34,698 nt of DNA, taken from positions 1 to 34,698 of the IMG/VR virus record IMGVR_UViG_3300032301_001585; one strand, 5' to 3'. This DNA is from a virus (lineage: Duplodnaviria; Caudoviricetes). Shown in pieces: positions 34,514 through 34,698 of the stretch. A program made the translations under genes and the position numbers. The notes under the pieces were generated by a model. The model ran no database searches. It saw nothing but the letters and a program-made list of their open reading frames with translations, and was not told the DNA's origin. Each line of letters begins with the position of its first letter. Position 1 is the first letter of the stretch.

Positions 34514-34698
34514 ATGGCAAATCCATTAAAGATTTTAACAGTTTTGACAGCATCCCAAGCTGTCAAAATGGAACAAGGCTTAGACGTAAACAGCCAAAAA
34601 GTAACTAACGTAGCAGCTGGTACAGTTAGCACCGATGGCGTAAACTACGGTCAATTAACCGGTTTATCAAGCAGCGTAAAAACATACGTTGATGCAGG
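34514..34698 (+). CDS. Tail fibre-like protein with YadA neck/stalk motif, 3'-truncated by window edge (not in ORF track)
   Basis: AAGGA upstream. Translates MANPLKILTVLTASQAVKMEQGLDVNSQKVTNVAAGTVSTDGVNYGQLTGLSSSVKTYVDA; KVTNVAAG..STDGVNYGQL is the YadA-type motif. Confidence 0.8.
   Translation, partial: MANPLKILTVLTASQAVKMEQGLDVNSQKVTNVAAGTVSTDGVNYGQLTGLSSSVKTYVDA

Noticed and set aside
34574-34660. Bacterial trimeric autotransporter adhesin
   Set aside because: No signal peptide, and the YadA-type motif also occurs in phage fibres; context is a tail module.
1-34698. Stop-codon reassignment, as in some large phages
   Set aside because: ORFs up to 8.6 kb are intact in code 11 with near-complete coding density. 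The two TAG stops (11546, 32263) fall at plausible protein ends.
1-34698. CRISPR array, tRNA/rRNA, IS element, DGR or invertible cassette
   Set aside because: No spaced direct repeats, no intergenic room (largest gap about 140 nt, not cloverleaf-like), and no transposase, reverse transcriptase or recombinase motifs seen.

Overview
AT-rich (roughly 30% GC by eye), densely coding, entirely plus-strand segment. It reads as the late/structural region of a large contractile-tailed (jumbo-type) bacteriophage using the standard genetic code. The left end has a truncated GDP-L-fucose synthase, a free-standing HNH endonuclease, three small genes and a T4 gp55-like late sigma factor. A baseplate module follows: hub protein with an M15 peptidase, HxH spike-like protein, 1951-aa protein, gp25-like and gp6-like wedges, a 2859-aa LamG/gp7-like protein, and two pairs of paralogous structural proteins. 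It ends with a gp15-like tail completion protein and the start of a YadA-motif fibre gene. Most notable observations: (1) a [S/T]-[G/A/S]-S tripeptide strongly enriched in one subset of virion proteins, near a nucleotide-sugar gene (candidate virion glycosylation signal); (2) a tail-collar (DUF3751-like) fold apparently split over separate genes, twice; (3) an HNH insertion that orphaned and re-supplied its target gene's N-terminus; (4) a CTATTTAT candidate late promoter; (5) apparent absence of GATC, CCWGG and TCGA; (6) a probably split gene and structured 5' leaders. All family calls come from motif recognition by eye, and counts are manual and approximate.
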